Shown here: piece after piece, positions 7,482 to 17,641 of the stretch
Position numbering within the stretch: the stretch's first letter is position 1
Layout of the letters: every line of letters starts with the position of its first letter
Sequence record: KX534341.1
Length of the DNA: 44,899 nt
Direction: 5' to 3' (one strand)
Source of the DNA: Escherichia phage Pride
Made by a program: the position numbers and the translations under genes
The notes under the pieces: generated by a model
Told to the model about the DNA's origin: nothing
The model's input: the letters and a program-made list of their open reading frames with translations, nothing else
The model's database searches: none

Positions 7482-10124
7482 ATGGCAGATCAGGCAGCAG
7501 GCATCACGCTAAAGGCGGATGTTGCACAAATCAGAACGGCGAATACTGTGCTTGATTCATTCGCACAGAAATCCGAGAACACAGAAAACAAGGTTAAGAA
7601 ATTAAACGACACCCTCGGCAAATCCAAAAAGGTGACGAGTGACGCCGCGGGCGGAATGGAGAAGCTGGCGACTGAATCGCAGCGCGCTGCCGATGGCATG
7701 ACGAAACAGGAGCGACTTGCCAACAGGTTAGGCATGTCGACCAAAAACCTGGGCTTTGCCTCGCGTAACGCCGCATTCCAGTTACAGGATATCGCAGTTA
7801 CGCTTGAGATGGGGATGCCGGTACACCGCGTTATGCTTCAGCAGTTACCGCAGTTAACTGGGGCGTTCGGGGGATTGGGTAACACGCTGCGTTATGTGGC
7901 GGGATTCCTCGGCCCAGTAGGGATCGGCATTGCCGCACTAACGGCAACGTTAGGCGTCGGCGTGGCAGTTACGACCCGAGCAGAAAACCAGGTCGCAGCG
8001 CTTAACAAGACGCTGGCGCTGTCGGGTAACATTTCCGGCCTCACCGCTAACCAGATCCTTGTGCTGTCTGAGAACGCTGAGCGCATGGGCTGGTCATTCC
8101 GCAAGACGCGAGACACCATTCAGGCACTGGCGGCGGCGGGCGTTAAAGCGGGTGCGGACTTCGGCGCGCTGGCGAAAGTGGTGAATGACTTTGCGAAGGC
8201 GTCTAATCAGCCGATCTCTGACGTGGTTGAATCCATCTCAAAATTGTCGAACGACCCGGTCGGTGGACTGCGCGCACTGGCGGACCAGTATCACGTCGTT
8301 ACCGAGGCGCAGATCCAGCAGGTGCAATCACTAGTGACGGCTGGTCGAGAAACCGAAGCGGTGGCGCTGGCGAACAAAACCGCCGCTGCGTCGTTCTCCA
8401 GCATGACCAATGAGATCAAGTCCAACATGGGTACGCTCGAGCGGTCTATGAACGTCGTCACATCTGCAGCCAAATCCATGTGGGACGCCATCCTGGATGT
8501 AGGACGCGCGCAGTCATCGAATGAGTCCGAGATGAAAGCGCGTGAATCCTTGCAGCGCATGACCACGGCTTACTATGCCGAGATGAAAGCGGTAAACGCT
8601 GCCGGTGGGGTGATGACCGAGGCGCAGAAAGCGCGTATTAACATGCTTTACAGCGAACTGGTCGCCCAGGAAAAGGTGGTGGCGTCGCTCACCCTGCGCA
8701 ACCGCGCCGAGCGAGACAACGCCAGCGCCGCTGACGAAGCAGCAAAGGCGAACGAGGAGGCAAACCGCACCGCCCGCGACCGCGCCGCGTTTGAGAAGGA
8801 GTACGCAACCAACGCGAAGCGGCGAGCCGACGAGATCGCCCGCCTCAATTTGCTGAATAAGCGCGGTGTTATTAACGAGAAAGAACTAGCCGAGGCGGTG
8901 AAGCAGGTCAACGAGCGCTACAAAGACCCAGCACCGAAAAAGGCGGCGGCAATTCGAGTCGATGCCGGGCTGAAAATGCTGGAAGTCGCGCGAAGCGAAT
9001 TAGCCCAGCTTCGTGAGTCTGGAAAGCAGATCGAAGCCAACGCATCGACGCAGACCCGCACGCAACGCGCGCAAGCGGCCCTTAACAAGCTGATCGCGGA
9101 CCATGAACAGTTAATCGCGGCGAGCAAAGAAAGGGCGCTGACGGCAGCAGAAAAGCAGCAAATGGCGGAGTTCGAGTCGGTTAAATCGGTACGCGAGCAG
9201 ATCGTCGAAGAAGCCAAATTGCTGGACGCGAAAGAGAAGCAGATCAAGGCACACGCCCAGGTCGAAGCATTCATCAAGAACCAGAACGCCGAGCTAAAAG
9301 CCACCGCGGCGGGCTATGCGCTTTCTACTCGCGAAGCGGCTAACCTGCGCGAAGAGTTGCAGCTAATTGACCGCCTTCAGCGTGCCGGTGCTAACGATAC
9401 TGATATTGACAAGGCGGTGTATAAGCTGCGTGAGGTTCAGGAAGCACAGACCGGTGCTAACGCCTCATTATGGGATGGATTCAGTCGCGGGCTTCGCGAT
9501 AGTGTGGATGAAATGGGTAACGGATACACGCAGATGTCGTCACTCACAAAATTCACGTTCGGTGCTATGCAGGACACGATGAACGAGTTTTTCGAGACTG
9601 GCAAGCTGAACGCAAAAGATATGGTTAAGTCCATTCTGAGCGAATTAATAAAGCTGGCTACCTCGCAGGCGTTCAAGTCCATCGTTAGCGCTTTCGGTGG
9701 CGACGGCGGCAAAAACGGATTGTTCGGCGCTATCTTCTCGGGCCTCACTAAGAATGCGGACGGCGGAGCGTACACCGGAGGCAATCTCGCGGCCTATTCG
9801 GGGCAAGTGGTGAGCCAGCCTACCTTTTTCAGTTATGGCGTCCAGGCGTTCGCTAAGGGCGCTGGGTTGATGGGTGAGGCTGGACCCGAGGCCATCATGC
9901 CACTGAAGCGCGGGCCGGACGGGAAACTGGGCGTTGCCGCGTCTGGCGCAGGCGGTGGTATGGTCGTGACGACTAACGTTTACACGGGGACCGGTAAGAC
10001 GGATACCAGTGTTGGCGGGCCGGACCCACGTACCGCGCAGGCGTTCGGCAAGCAAATCACCGAGGCGGTGAAGGCCGAGATCGTGAAGGCGATGAAACCG
10101 GGTGGTGTACTTTACAAACGATGA
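7482..10124 (+). CDS. Tape measure protein
   Basis: 880-aa ORF rich in A/Q/K/E coiled-coil-like sequence, between G/GT chaperone and tail-tip genes; AAGGGGA RBS. Confidence 0.85.
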   Translation: MADQAAGITLKADVAQIRTANTVLDSFAQKSENTENKVKKLNDTLGKSKKVTSDAAGGMEKLATESQRAADGMTKQERLANRLGMSTKNLGFASRNAAFQLQDIAVTLEMGMPVHRVMLQQLPQLTGAFGGLGNTLRYVAGFLGPVGIGIAALTATLGVGVAVTTRAENQVAALNKTLALSGNISGLTANQILVLSENAERMGWSFRKTRDTIQALAAAGVKAGADFGALAKVVNDFAKASNQPISDVVESISKLSNDPVGGLRALADQYHVVTEAQIQQVQSLVTAGRETEAVALANKTAAASFSSMTNEIKSNMGTLERSMNVVTSAAKSMWDAILDVGRAQSSNESEMKARESLQRMTTAYYAEMKAVNAAGGVMTEAQKARINMLYSELVAQEKVVASLTLRNRAERDNASAADEAAKANEEANRTARDRAAFEKEYATNAKRRADEIARLNLLNKRGVINEKELAEAVKQVNERYKDPAPKKAAAIRVDAGLKMLEVARSELAQLRESGKQIEANASTQTRTQRAQAALNKLIADHEQLIAASKERALTAAEKQQMAEFESVKSVREQIVEEAKLLDAKEKQIKAHAQVEAFIKNQNAELKATAAGYALSTREAANLREELQLIDRLQRAGANDTDIDKAVYKLREVQEAQTGANASLWDGFSRGLRDSVDEMGNGYTQMSSLTKFTFGAMQDTMNEFFETGKLNAKDMVKSILSELIKLATSQAFKSIVSAFGGDGGKNGLFGAIFSGLTKNADGGAYTGGNLAAYSGQVVSQPTFFSYGVQAFAKGAGLMGEAGPEAIMPLKRGPDGKLGVAASGAGGGMVVTTNVYTGTGKTDTSVGGPDPRTAQAFGKQITEAVKAEIVKAMKPGGVLYKR

Positions 10125-10158
10125 TAAAATGGCCCTCACTACAACGTGGGGGCTTTTT

Positions 10159-10758
10159 ATGTCACAAGGTACAATCACACTAACGAAAGGAAGTAAGACC
10201 GTCACGGGCGCGGGAACGGCGTTCCTTAGCGAGATCGGGAAGGTACTCGTATTCGCCCGCATCGACGGCAACGACTACACCGGCAAAATTGCGGCATTCA
10301 ACTCGAACACGGTCATTACTCTGAAAGATAACTGGGCTGGGCCAACGAAATCCGGTGCGGCATATGAGCTAATCGAAGCACACGACCCGCGATCAAACGA
10401 ATGGCCATATTACTGGCACATGCAATTGCAGGGCGGTGGCGACGTGCAGTTAGCTTTCCGGTCGGAGGAATTGCAATTCGGTAATGGCTACGGACAGAAC
10501 ATCGCGGACGGCCCGAACGCCGAAACGAAACAGTTCCCCGTGCAATTCGTCGGGCTGACTACGGACAAATGGTGCAATCCTAAACTGGTTTACAACTTCC
10601 TTCGCGGTCACTTCGTAAAACCGTTTGTCGTCACCGCGCCGGATGGCGAAACAGGTTTATTCGTGGTCGAGCGTTCGAGCTTGTCGTACACGGACAACGG
10701 GCACTACACGGCAACGGTATCCGCCACCCTTAAGACTGCTATTGGATTCGTAAGATGA
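10159..10758 (+). CDS. Minor tail protein (lambda M-like, with N-terminal extension)
   Basis: First gene after tape measure; ATG 10159 with GGGGG RBS preferred over 10102/10129; gene order M-L-K-I-J. Confidence 0.55.
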   Translation: MSQGTITLTKGSKTVTGAGTAFLSEIGKVLVFARIDGNDYTGKIAAFNSNTVITLKDNWAGPTKSGAAYELIEAHDPRSNEWPYYWHMQLQGGGDVQLAFRSEELQFGNGYGQNIADGPNAETKQFPVQFVGLTTDKWCNPKLVYNFLRGHFVKPFVVTAPDGETGLFVVERSSLSYTDNGHYTATVSATLKTAIGFVR

Positions 10759-11543
10759 ATAAACTCTATCGTGAAGCGACGCGCTTTGACCCCTCAGGAC
10801 GCGTTCGCCTGATTCACATTGACGCGCAGGACGTGGAACCCGGAGACGGCGCGATCGGCGCGGGCCACCACTATTTTCATTACTGCTTTATCCCACACAC
10901 TGCGGAGGATATCGCTGCCGCGGGTGGTGACGAGGATAAGCTAAAACCTAAATCAATCTTCTTCGGCGGGCAGGAGTTCGAATTTTGGCCCTTCGATTTG
11001 TCCGGCCTTAACTTTTCCACATCGACGGCAGCAGAACCGCAACTAACAATCGTCGATATTGGCGGCATAATAACCCGGCTGTCACTGAATCACGACCAGC
11101 TACTGGGCGCGAAGGTTGAAATAATCGACACATTCGCGAAGTTCCTGGATAACGGGTCGGACCCAGACCCGACGCAGAAACGAGTGCAGGAGTATTACAT
11201 CGACTCGCAGGTCGGGCGCAATCCAGGCAAGCAAATCACCTTCGCACTATCCTCCCCCGCGGATATGGAAGGGCAGGTCGTTCCCCGTCGCCAGATCATG
11301 AACATGTGCGAATGGGCGCTCAACGGGAAGTACGCCAGCGGGGACGGTTGCACATGGAACCTTGCACAGCCTGGAATAAAGTATTACGACGAGCGAGGTA
11401 ATGAAGTCATCGCAATGAATATGGACCGATGCGGCGGCTGTTTGTCCGACTGCTATCTTCGTTTTGGGCAAGGGCTTGCGGATCCTAAAGCTGCGGTGCT
11501 GGACTTCGGTGGTTTTCCTGGGTCCAAATTAATCAAGGGGTAG
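10755..11543 (+). CDS. Minor tail protein (lambda L-like)
   Basis: Position in M-L-K-I-J order; C-terminal Cys cluster (CEW..C..MDRCGGCLSDC) consistent with the Fe-S motif of gpL. Confidence 0.75.
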   Translation: MNKLYREATRFDPSGRVRLIHIDAQDVEPGDGAIGAGHHYFHYCFIPHTAEDIAAAGGDEDKLKPKSIFFGGQEFEFWPFDLSGLNFSTSTAAEPQLTIVDIGGIITRLSLNHDQLLGAKVEIIDTFAKFLDNGSDPDPTQKRVQEYYIDSQVGRNPGKQITFALSSPADMEGQVVPRRQIMNMCEWALNGKYASGDGCTWNLAQPGIKYYDERGNEVIAMNMDRCGGCLSDCYLRFGQGLADPKAAVLDFGGFPGSKLIKG

Positions 11544-11545
11544 CC

Positions 11546-12286
11546 ATGTTAACGAAAAAGGTTAAAAGCGATATCGCCGCGCACGTTGCGGCATGTCTGC
11601 CTGAAGAAGCCTGTGGCCTTGTTGTCATGGTGGGCCGCAAACAAGTATTTGTCCCGTGCATGAACGTATTCGAAGACCCGACCGGCGTGCGCTCACGCAG
11701 AGACGCATTCACGATTAGTGATATGGCCTGGATGGATGCCGAGGATATGGGCGACGTCGTGCGAGTAGTCCACTCGCATCCAGGCCAGCGAGAGCTTACA
11801 CCCTCACTTGGCGACGTTAACGGATGCAACGGCAGCGGCGTAGTCTGGACCATCACTAACGAATATGGCGACTTTATCGAGATCGACCCTGAAGACCCGC
11901 CGCTGGTAGGCCGCCGATTTGTTCTCGGAATTACAGATTGTTATGGCCTCGTCATGGACTGGCACAAAAAGCAGGGTGTAAACCTGCCAGACTTCCGCGT
12001 GCCGTATAACTGGTGGGAGACAGGCGAAAATCTGTATATGGATAATTGGTACGGTGCTGGCTTCAGGGAATGCGAGGAGAATACGCCGGGGGCAATGGTC
12101 ATCATGCAGATTAGCGCGCCTGTGCCTAACCACGCTGGGATATTCCTTCCGGGCAACCAACTACTACACCATATCTACGGCAGCCTGTCGAGCGTGATTC
12201 CCTTCCGGGCAGGATTTTTCCGGGACAATGTGGTTAAATGGGTACGTCATAAAGACCTACCGGGGAATATAACAGAATGGCAATGA
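11546..12286 (+). CDS. Tail assembly protein (lambda K-like; JAB/MPN plus NlpC/P60 domains)
   Basis: JAMM-like motif (VVHSHPGQ..S..D) and NlpC/P60-like Cys (GITDCYGLV); position. Confidence 0.8.
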   Translation: MLTKKVKSDIAAHVAACLPEEACGLVVMVGRKQVFVPCMNVFEDPTGVRSRRDAFTISDMAWMDAEDMGDVVRVVHSHPGQRELTPSLGDVNGCNGSGVVWTITNEYGDFIEIDPEDPPLVGRRFVLGITDCYGLVMDWHKKQGVNLPDFRVPYNWWETGENLYMDNWYGAGFRECEENTPGAMVIMQISAPVPNHAGIFLPGNQLLHHIYGSLSSVIPFRAGFFRDNVVKWVRHKDLPGNITEWQ

Positions 12287-12894
12287 CCACATTTAAATTA
12301 TACGGCGTTTTAGGACGTCGATTCGGTAAAGTGCATAAGCTGGACTGCTTCACTCCGGGCGAGGGTATTACCGGCCTGTGCGTGAAGTTACCCGGCTTAC
12401 AGGACTTTCTAATGTCAGCCCACCTGGACAATATGATGTTCAAGGTGCGCAAAGGCGACCACACGATGACCGGCTATGATGAGCTGGGTGAGTTCCACGG
12501 CAACCGCGTCGTCACCATCGCGCCGGTTATGACTGGCGCAAAAAGAGGGTTGGGACAATTGCTGGCGGGTGTCGCGATCGTAGTGGCGTCGTTCTATACG
12601 GGCGGACTTGCTACTGCCGCTTTCGGGGCTTCGGCTGCAACCGCTGCCGCTATCGGGACGGCGACGTTTTCGTTCGGGATGTCGATGGCGCTGGGTGGCG
12701 TTATGCAATTGCTGTCGCCACAACCGAAAGGATTGCAGACAAGGCAGGACGTGGATAACAAAGCGTCGTATGCGTTCGGAGGCCCAGTAAACACTACCGC
12801 GCAAGGCACGGCTCTTGGTGTATTATGGGGCGAGCGTGAGATCGGCGGCGCTATTATTTCAGCCGGAATCGTAACCGAGGACTTGAACGAATGA
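12277..12894 (+). CDS. Tail assembly protein (lambda I-like)
   Basis: Position between K-like and J-like genes; Gly/Ala-rich hydrophobic C-terminal half. Confidence 0.7.
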   Translation: MAMTTFKLYGVLGRRFGKVHKLDCFTPGEGITGLCVKLPGLQDFLMSAHLDNMMFKVRKGDHTMTGYDELGEFHGNRVVTIAPVMTGAKRGLGQLLAGVAIVVASFYTGGLATAAFGASAATAAAIGTATFSFGMSMALGGVMQLLSPQPKGLQTRQDVDNKASYAFGGPVNTTAQGTALGVLWGEREIGGAIISAGIVTEDLNE

Positions 12895-15800
12895 CGATTA
12901 TCTACGACGTCACAGGGCATAAAGGCGGCGGCGGCAAACAGCACACCCCACAGGAGACGCCAGATAGCCTGCATTCGCTGGCTAAAATCCGCATCTTGCT
13001 TGCGCTGGGGGAAGGGGAATTCGAAAGTATTACCAGCGCCAGCGAATTGCGGCAGCGTGTTTACCTTGATGGAACACCGATCCAGAACGCGGACTTGTCC
13101 GAAAACTTCCCCGGCGCGCGGGTGGAGTTCCGCCCAGGCACACAGCACCAGGACGTGATCCACGGATTTTCAGCGGTGGAAAGTGAGCAATCCATCGGTG
13201 TAAAACTGGAAAACGGCACGCCGTGGGTGCGCCAGATTAACGACACCAGTTTGGACGCCGTGCGCATTCGCATCGGCATTCCGGCCCTGTACACAAACGA
13301 AGATAATGGCGACCTGGTGGGCGGGCGCATCGACTATAAGATCGTTGTGTATACGGATAACGCCGACCCGCGTGAGTTCAGATTCGCCGCCGTTGGTAAA
13401 ACAATGTCGCTGTATGAGCGCGACCACCGCATCGAATTACCGCCGAACGTGAATACCGGCTGGCGCGTGGAGGTGCACCGCATAACGGCAGACTCCACAT
13501 CGGCGAAAGTGGTTAATGATATCCGGGTGCAGTCCATCACTGAGATTATTGACGCCCGCCTGCGTTACCCGCTAACCGCGCTGTTGTTTGTGGAGTTCGA
13601 CGCCAAAGCGTTCCAGAACATCCCGCGCGTGTCCATCAAGTGCAAAGGCCGCAAAGTTCTAATACCGAACAACTACGACCCGATTAATCATACCTATTCC
13701 GGGGACTGGGACGGCACGTTTAAACGCGCATGGACGGATAACCCTGCGTGGCACTGGTACGATATTTGTATTACTGAGCGCTTCGGCCTCGGTCGGCGTA
13801 TCAAACCGCAAATGTTAAACCGGTACGCGCTCTACCAGATTGCGCAGCGCTGCGATCAGTTGGTCAGCGACGGCAACGGTGGTCGAGAAATCCGCTTTAA
13901 GAATGATATGTACATTCAGTCACAGACGGATGCCTGGACCGTGCTTAAGGATTTAGCCGCCATCTTCGCCGGAATGACCTGGTGGGGCAACCAGATGTTG
14001 AATATCGTCAGTGACCAACCGGTCGCAGCAGTGTCGCACACTATCACCAACGCCTCGGTTATTGATGGTCGATTCGACTACGCGTCCGGTAGCCAGAAAA
14101 CTCGGTATTCCACATTCGCGGTAGCATACGGCAACCCGAAGAACCACTATGAAGATGCCATCGCAACGGGGCAACGTGTCGAACTGGTACGCCGCCATAA
14201 GATTAACCGTCTTGATATAACGGCGATCGGCTGTACGCGTGAGTCAGAAGCGCAACGACGTGGGCACTGGGCGCTAATCTCCAACCAGCTTGACCAGCAA
14301 GTTAGCTTTAAGGTGGGCATGGAGGGACTTTTCTTTATTCCTGGTAGCGTAGTCGCGATCGCCGATACAAACATTTCTGGCGGCTTCGAGACACGCGGCG
14401 GTCGCCTGTTGTCGGACCCTGGCACGCGTACCGTGCTTAACACGGACAGCGAAATCACATTCCGCCCAGGTGATAAATTCCTGGTACGCACCGATAGTGG
14501 TAATGTAGAGACTCGCGAGATCGCCAGCGTCAACGGCAACAAGGTTACGCTAAAAACCGCACTGGACGCCGACCCGATTCCTGATCAGCCGTTTTGCGTC
14601 GATGGCAACGATATCCAGTTGCAGAAGTTCCGCATCACCGACCTGGAATATGACGACTCTACGAGCACTTTCTCGGTGCGCGGGATTGAATACAACGATA
14701 GCAAATATGATGCCGTTGATAATGGCGCGCGCCTAGACCCGGGCATCTTTACGCAAGTGCCTGACGGGGTAATGAAGGGGCCGGAATCCGTGACCATCAC
14801 CCCGTCGCAGATTTCATCGCAAGGACAGCTAATCACCAACGTGGATATTGTATTCCCTCCGGTGAAGGATGCCGTGGTGTATGAAATCCAGTGGAGGCGT
14901 ACCAGCCTTCAGAATATGGAAATCCAGTGGGGTAACGACTGGGTGAATATCCCACGCACGGCGTCGAACGGCGCGCACATCCCTAACGTGTTCTCCGGTA
15001 ACTACCAGGCACGCGTCCGCGCGATCGGTATGGGCGAGATTTCATCTCCGTGGGTGTCGTCCGCCATCACGCCGGTGGAAGGTCGTCTCGGTGGGCTTAA
15101 CGCACCAATCATCACCAACGCTATTTCGGGCCTTCACCAGATCTTGTGGAAGTGGAACCACAACAACGCCGCTACTGATATCTCGTACACCGAGCTTGAA
15201 GTGCGCAAGACCGGTGAGACTGAATGGAAATTCCTTACCAACGTCCCATATCCGGGGGCGGAGTATGCGCAAACATCGCTGGAGTTCGGAATTTACCAGC
15301 AGTTGCGCGCCCGTGTAGCGGATAAAATCGGCAACCGGTCGGACTGGTCGGCCCCGTTTGAAGGGCAGGTGAGTGACAAAGTTGACGAGTACATGAAGGG
15401 GCTTGATGACGAGTTCTTGACTTCCGAGGATGGTAAACACTTCCAGGAAGCTATTAACACGATCCCGCAAGGCATTTATGAGTCAATGCTCACCGACGCC
15501 CAGCAGCTATTCAACGCCCGCGCCGAGTACAAAGGGATTTATGCGGAAATCAAGGTGACGTATAACGTGGCGGCGGACGCCCACAAGGCGGTCGCTCAAC
15601 TGGAGACGTTGATCGGCACGCGACTTGATGACGCGGAAGCTGCGATCCGCACGTTGCAGACCGCGCAGAGCACACAGGAACAAGCGTTCGCCCAGTACCA
15701 GCAAACTGTTGCCGCTAAGTTCGGGGAACAGGAAGCCGCCATCCAGCAGGTACAAACGGCAACCGCAGACGTGGCGGGAGCGCTGGCGGAATATAAGACC

Positions 15801-16310
15801 CAGGTCGCTACACAGTTCGGTCAGCAGTCCGCCGCTATCGAGCAGAAGATGACGTCCTCGTTTAACCACTCTGGTGGTAGCGCCACGTATAGCCTTAAGG
15901 CTGGCGTGACATATAACGGGACTTATTATGATGCGGGTATGCAGCTTTCCGTTGTGACGTCTGGCAACGCGGTTAAATCGCGTATTGCGTTCAAGGCGGA
16001 CCAGTTCTACATCATGCATCCGTCCAATGGGACGCTGTCGTCTGCGTTTATTGTGGACGGTGGCGCGGTGTATATCGACACGGCACGCATCAAGAACGCG
16101 TCCATCAACTTCGCGCAGATAACAGACACGCTGCAATCGAATAACTACGACGGCAGCACGCGCGGCTGGCGCTTAGGGAAAGATGGAACGTTTATCAACC
16201 TGGGCACCGGTAGCGGCGGCGGGATGAAACAGACGAACACAAGAATCAGCGTGAAGGACGGAAACGGCGTTCTCCGCGTGCAGATTGGTGAGCTTACTGG
16301 TAGCTGGTAG
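12891..16310 (+). CDS. Central tail fibre / tip attachment protein (lambda J-like host specificity protein)
   Basis: 1139 aa; recognisable similarity to lambda J as recalled from memory (GHTP.E...L, YSGDWDGTFK.AW..N.AW..YD, ALYQIAQRCDQLVSDGNGG). Confidence 0.9.
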   Translation: MTIIYDVTGHKGGGGKQHTPQETPDSLHSLAKIRILLALGEGEFESITSASELRQRVYLDGTPIQNADLSENFPGARVEFRPGTQHQDVIHGFSAVESEQSIGVKLENGTPWVRQINDTSLDAVRIRIGIPALYTNEDNGDLVGGRIDYKIVVYTDNADPREFRFAAVGKTMSLYERDHRIELPPNVNTGWRVEVHRITADSTSAKVVNDIRVQSITEIIDARLRYPLTALLFVEFDAKAFQNIPRVSIKCKGRKVLIPNNYDPINHTYSGDWDGTFKRAWTDNPAWHWYDICITERFGLGRRIKPQMLNRYALYQIAQRCDQLVSDGNGGREIRFKNDMYIQSQTDAWTVLKDLAAIFAGMTWWGNQMLNIVSDQPVAAVSHTITNASVIDGRFDYASGSQKTRYSTFAVAYGNPKNHYEDAIATGQRVELVRRHKINRLDITAIGCTRESEAQRRGHWALISNQLDQQVSFKVGMEGLFFIPGSVVAIADTNISGGFETRGGRLLSDPGTRTVLNTDSEITFRPGDKFLVRTDSGNVETREIASVNGNKVTLKTALDADPIPDQPFCVDGNDIQLQKFRITDLEYDDSTSTFSVRGIEYNDSKYDAVDNGARLDPGIFTQVPDGVMKGPESVTITPSQISSQGQLITNVDIVFPPVKDAVVYEIQWRRTSLQNMEIQWGNDWVNIPRTASNGAHIPNVFSGNYQARVRAIGMGEISSPWVSSAITPVEGRLGGLNAPIITNAISGLHQILWKWNHNNAATDISYTELEVRKTGETEWKFLTNVPYPGAEYAQTSLEFGIYQQLRARVADKIGNRSDWSAPFEGQVSDKVDEYMKGLDDEFLTSEDGKHFQEAINTIPQGIYESMLTDAQQLFNARAEYKGIYAEIKVTYNVAADAHKAVAQLETLIGTRLDDAEAAIRTLQTAQSTQEQAFAQYQQTVAAKFGEQEAAIQQVQTATADVAGALAEYKTQVATQFGQQSAAIEQKMTSSFNHSGGSATYSLKAGVTYNGTYYDAGMQLSVVTSGNAVKSRIAFKADQFYIMHPSNGTLSSAFIVDGGAVYIDTARIKNASINFAQITDTLQSNNYDGSTRGWRLGKDGTFINLGTGSGGGMKQTNTRISVKDGNGVLRVQIGELTGSW

Positions 16311-16312
16311 TA

Positions 16313-16331
16313 TAGGGGCTTCGGCCCCTTT
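16313..16331 (+). terminator. Intrinsic terminator (ggggc-ttcg-gcccc-ttttt) after J-like gene
   Basis: GC stem with tetraloop and T-run. Confidence 0.55.
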
Positions 16332-16346
16332 TTAACGAGGTTATTT

Positions 16347-16649
16347 ATGGCATTCGGTATCGCAACGTGGGACGCGCAAGGACGCCCAAACAACTACGGC
16401 ATTAAACCGGTAAGCGTGATCGGAAGGATTCATCTTGCGGAAGGACAAAAATCAGGCGCATGGTCATTCCCTGTACCGGCGGGGATGAAGGTCGGATACG
16501 TGGTCGCACTGGATAAAGGCGCGGTCGGGCCAGGCCGCAGAATAACCGCCAGCGGGAACACTATCACGGTTTCCGCGGCAAGTGCGGTAGGTGGCGGGGT
16601 TTACTCCGCATCTGAATGTGACGTTATTGTTTTTGTGGAGCGAGCATAA
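16347..16649 (+). CDS. Hypothetical protein (tail-associated by position)
   Basis: ORF with ACGAGG RBS downstream of J-like gene. Confidence 0.6.
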   Translation: MAFGIATWDAQGRPNNYGIKPVSVIGRIHLAEGQKSGAWSFPVPAGMKVGYVVALDKGAVGPGRRITASGNTITVSAASAVGGGVYSASECDVIVFVERA

Positions 16650-17323
16650 TGGCTAATTACGGCGCGTTGATTGACTTACCAAACGGCAACCCGTTTATCA
16701 CGCCAGAATCGACGCCGTTTTGTCTATTCCGCCGTGTGGTTGTTGGGTCTTCGGCTAACGGCACTGCGCAGTCGGCGGCTGCCGATATTAATTTGGGCGG
16801 TGACTACCCTGCAATAGCGTTTGTGAAAACTACGCACACCGCCCAGCCGACCGTCGTAGGGTCTTCTCGCGTTGGTAATGTGGTGAAGGTGAGCGCCAGC
16901 AATCCATTCGGGCAAGGCTTCACGATGACGGCTTACATCTTTGCCATATTCCCACAGACCCTTCCGCGGTGGGGCTTCGCTATTTGGGATAAGACGGGGA
17001 AGCTAGTGCTTACTAATGAGAGTCGCGTACTGAGCGATTTAGTTACCGTCGGGTCGCCTGGCGCTAACGGGGGGATTAACATTGATCAGACGCTAAACGG
17101 CAGCTACGCCGTCGCACCGGGAATATTGGGGTCTACGCTGATCCGGTTTTTTGTGCAGGGCCAGCCGCAGGTAATATCGGTAACGGCGTACACGGGGGCC
17201 AGATTTGATGGGTCGCGAACGCGTATATCGGCAGCGTCGTCAGGGAACGCCACGGGGGATGTGGTGGGGTATACTAACAACGGCAACGCGATTATGGCGA
17301 TTAACACTGCCAATTATGATTGA
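16649..17323 (+). CDS. Hypothetical protein (tail-associated by position)
   Basis: ORF translationally coupled (ATAATG) to upstream gene. Confidence 0.6.
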   Translation: MANYGALIDLPNGNPFITPESTPFCLFRRVVVGSSANGTAQSAAADINLGGDYPAIAFVKTTHTAQPTVVGSSRVGNVVKVSASNPFGQGFTMTAYIFAIFPQTLPRWGFAIWDKTGKLVLTNESRVLSDLVTVGSPGANGGINIDQTLNGSYAVAPGILGSTLIRFFVQGQPQVISVTAYTGARFDGSRTRISAASSGNATGDVVGYTNNGNAIMAINTANYD

Positions 17324-17326
17324 AGA

Positions 17327-17344
17327 AAGCCCCGAAAGGGGCTT
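17327..17344. terminator. Bidirectional terminator hairpin (aagcccc-gaaa-ggggctt) between convergent genes
   Basis: Stem-loop flanked by T-rich sequence on both strands; overlaps stop of minus-strand lipoprotein gene. Confidence 0.5.
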
Positions 17345-17561
17345 ATTTGCAGGTTGTGCTTTTGAAATGGTCTACAGACACGTACTGGAAGCTAAACGGA
17401 TAACCCGCCCTTAGCATTTTATGCCCGGAGAAGTCCGCAACACCATACACAGGTACCGCATAATCCATGCCGCTATTCTGGTATGTGGCGTCGCAGACTT
17501 TAGCGGGCATGTTGGCACAACCGGACAAAAGAACCGCACAAATCATAATTAAAGTTTTCAT
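17343..17561 (-). CDS. Small outer-membrane lipoprotein moron (72 aa); candidate superinfection-exclusion protein (Cor/Llp-like)
   Basis: ATG at 17561 with AGGAGA RBS; signal peptide plus lipobox (MKTLIMICAVLLSGC); opposite strand inside tail module; own promoter. Confidence 0.65.
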   Translation of the reverse strand: MKTLIMICAVLLSGCANMPAKVCDATYQNSGMDYAVPVYGVADFSGHKMLRAGYPFSFQYVSVDHFKSTTCK

Positions 17562-17592
17562 GGTATCATCTCCTATATTTGGTCGAGTTTCA

Positions 17593-17620
17593 GTATTACA
17601 CCGCTCAACCAGGATTGCAA
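17593..17620 (-). promoter_or_regulatory. Predicted promoter (TTGCAA-N16-TAATAC, ATTGGTTGCAA motif) for the lipoprotein gene
   Basis: -35 at 17615..17620 and -10 at 17593..17598 on minus strand. Confidence 0.4.
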
Positions 17621-17641
17621 CCAATTTATGAGGATTTAGCT

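Noticed and set aside
7490-16136. Numerous antisense or alternative-frame ORFs inside tape measure, J-like and other large genes (for example 8918..9304-, 12594..13163-, 15507..16136-)
   Set aside because: Shadow ORFs within confidently called long genes; no independent RBS or start context.
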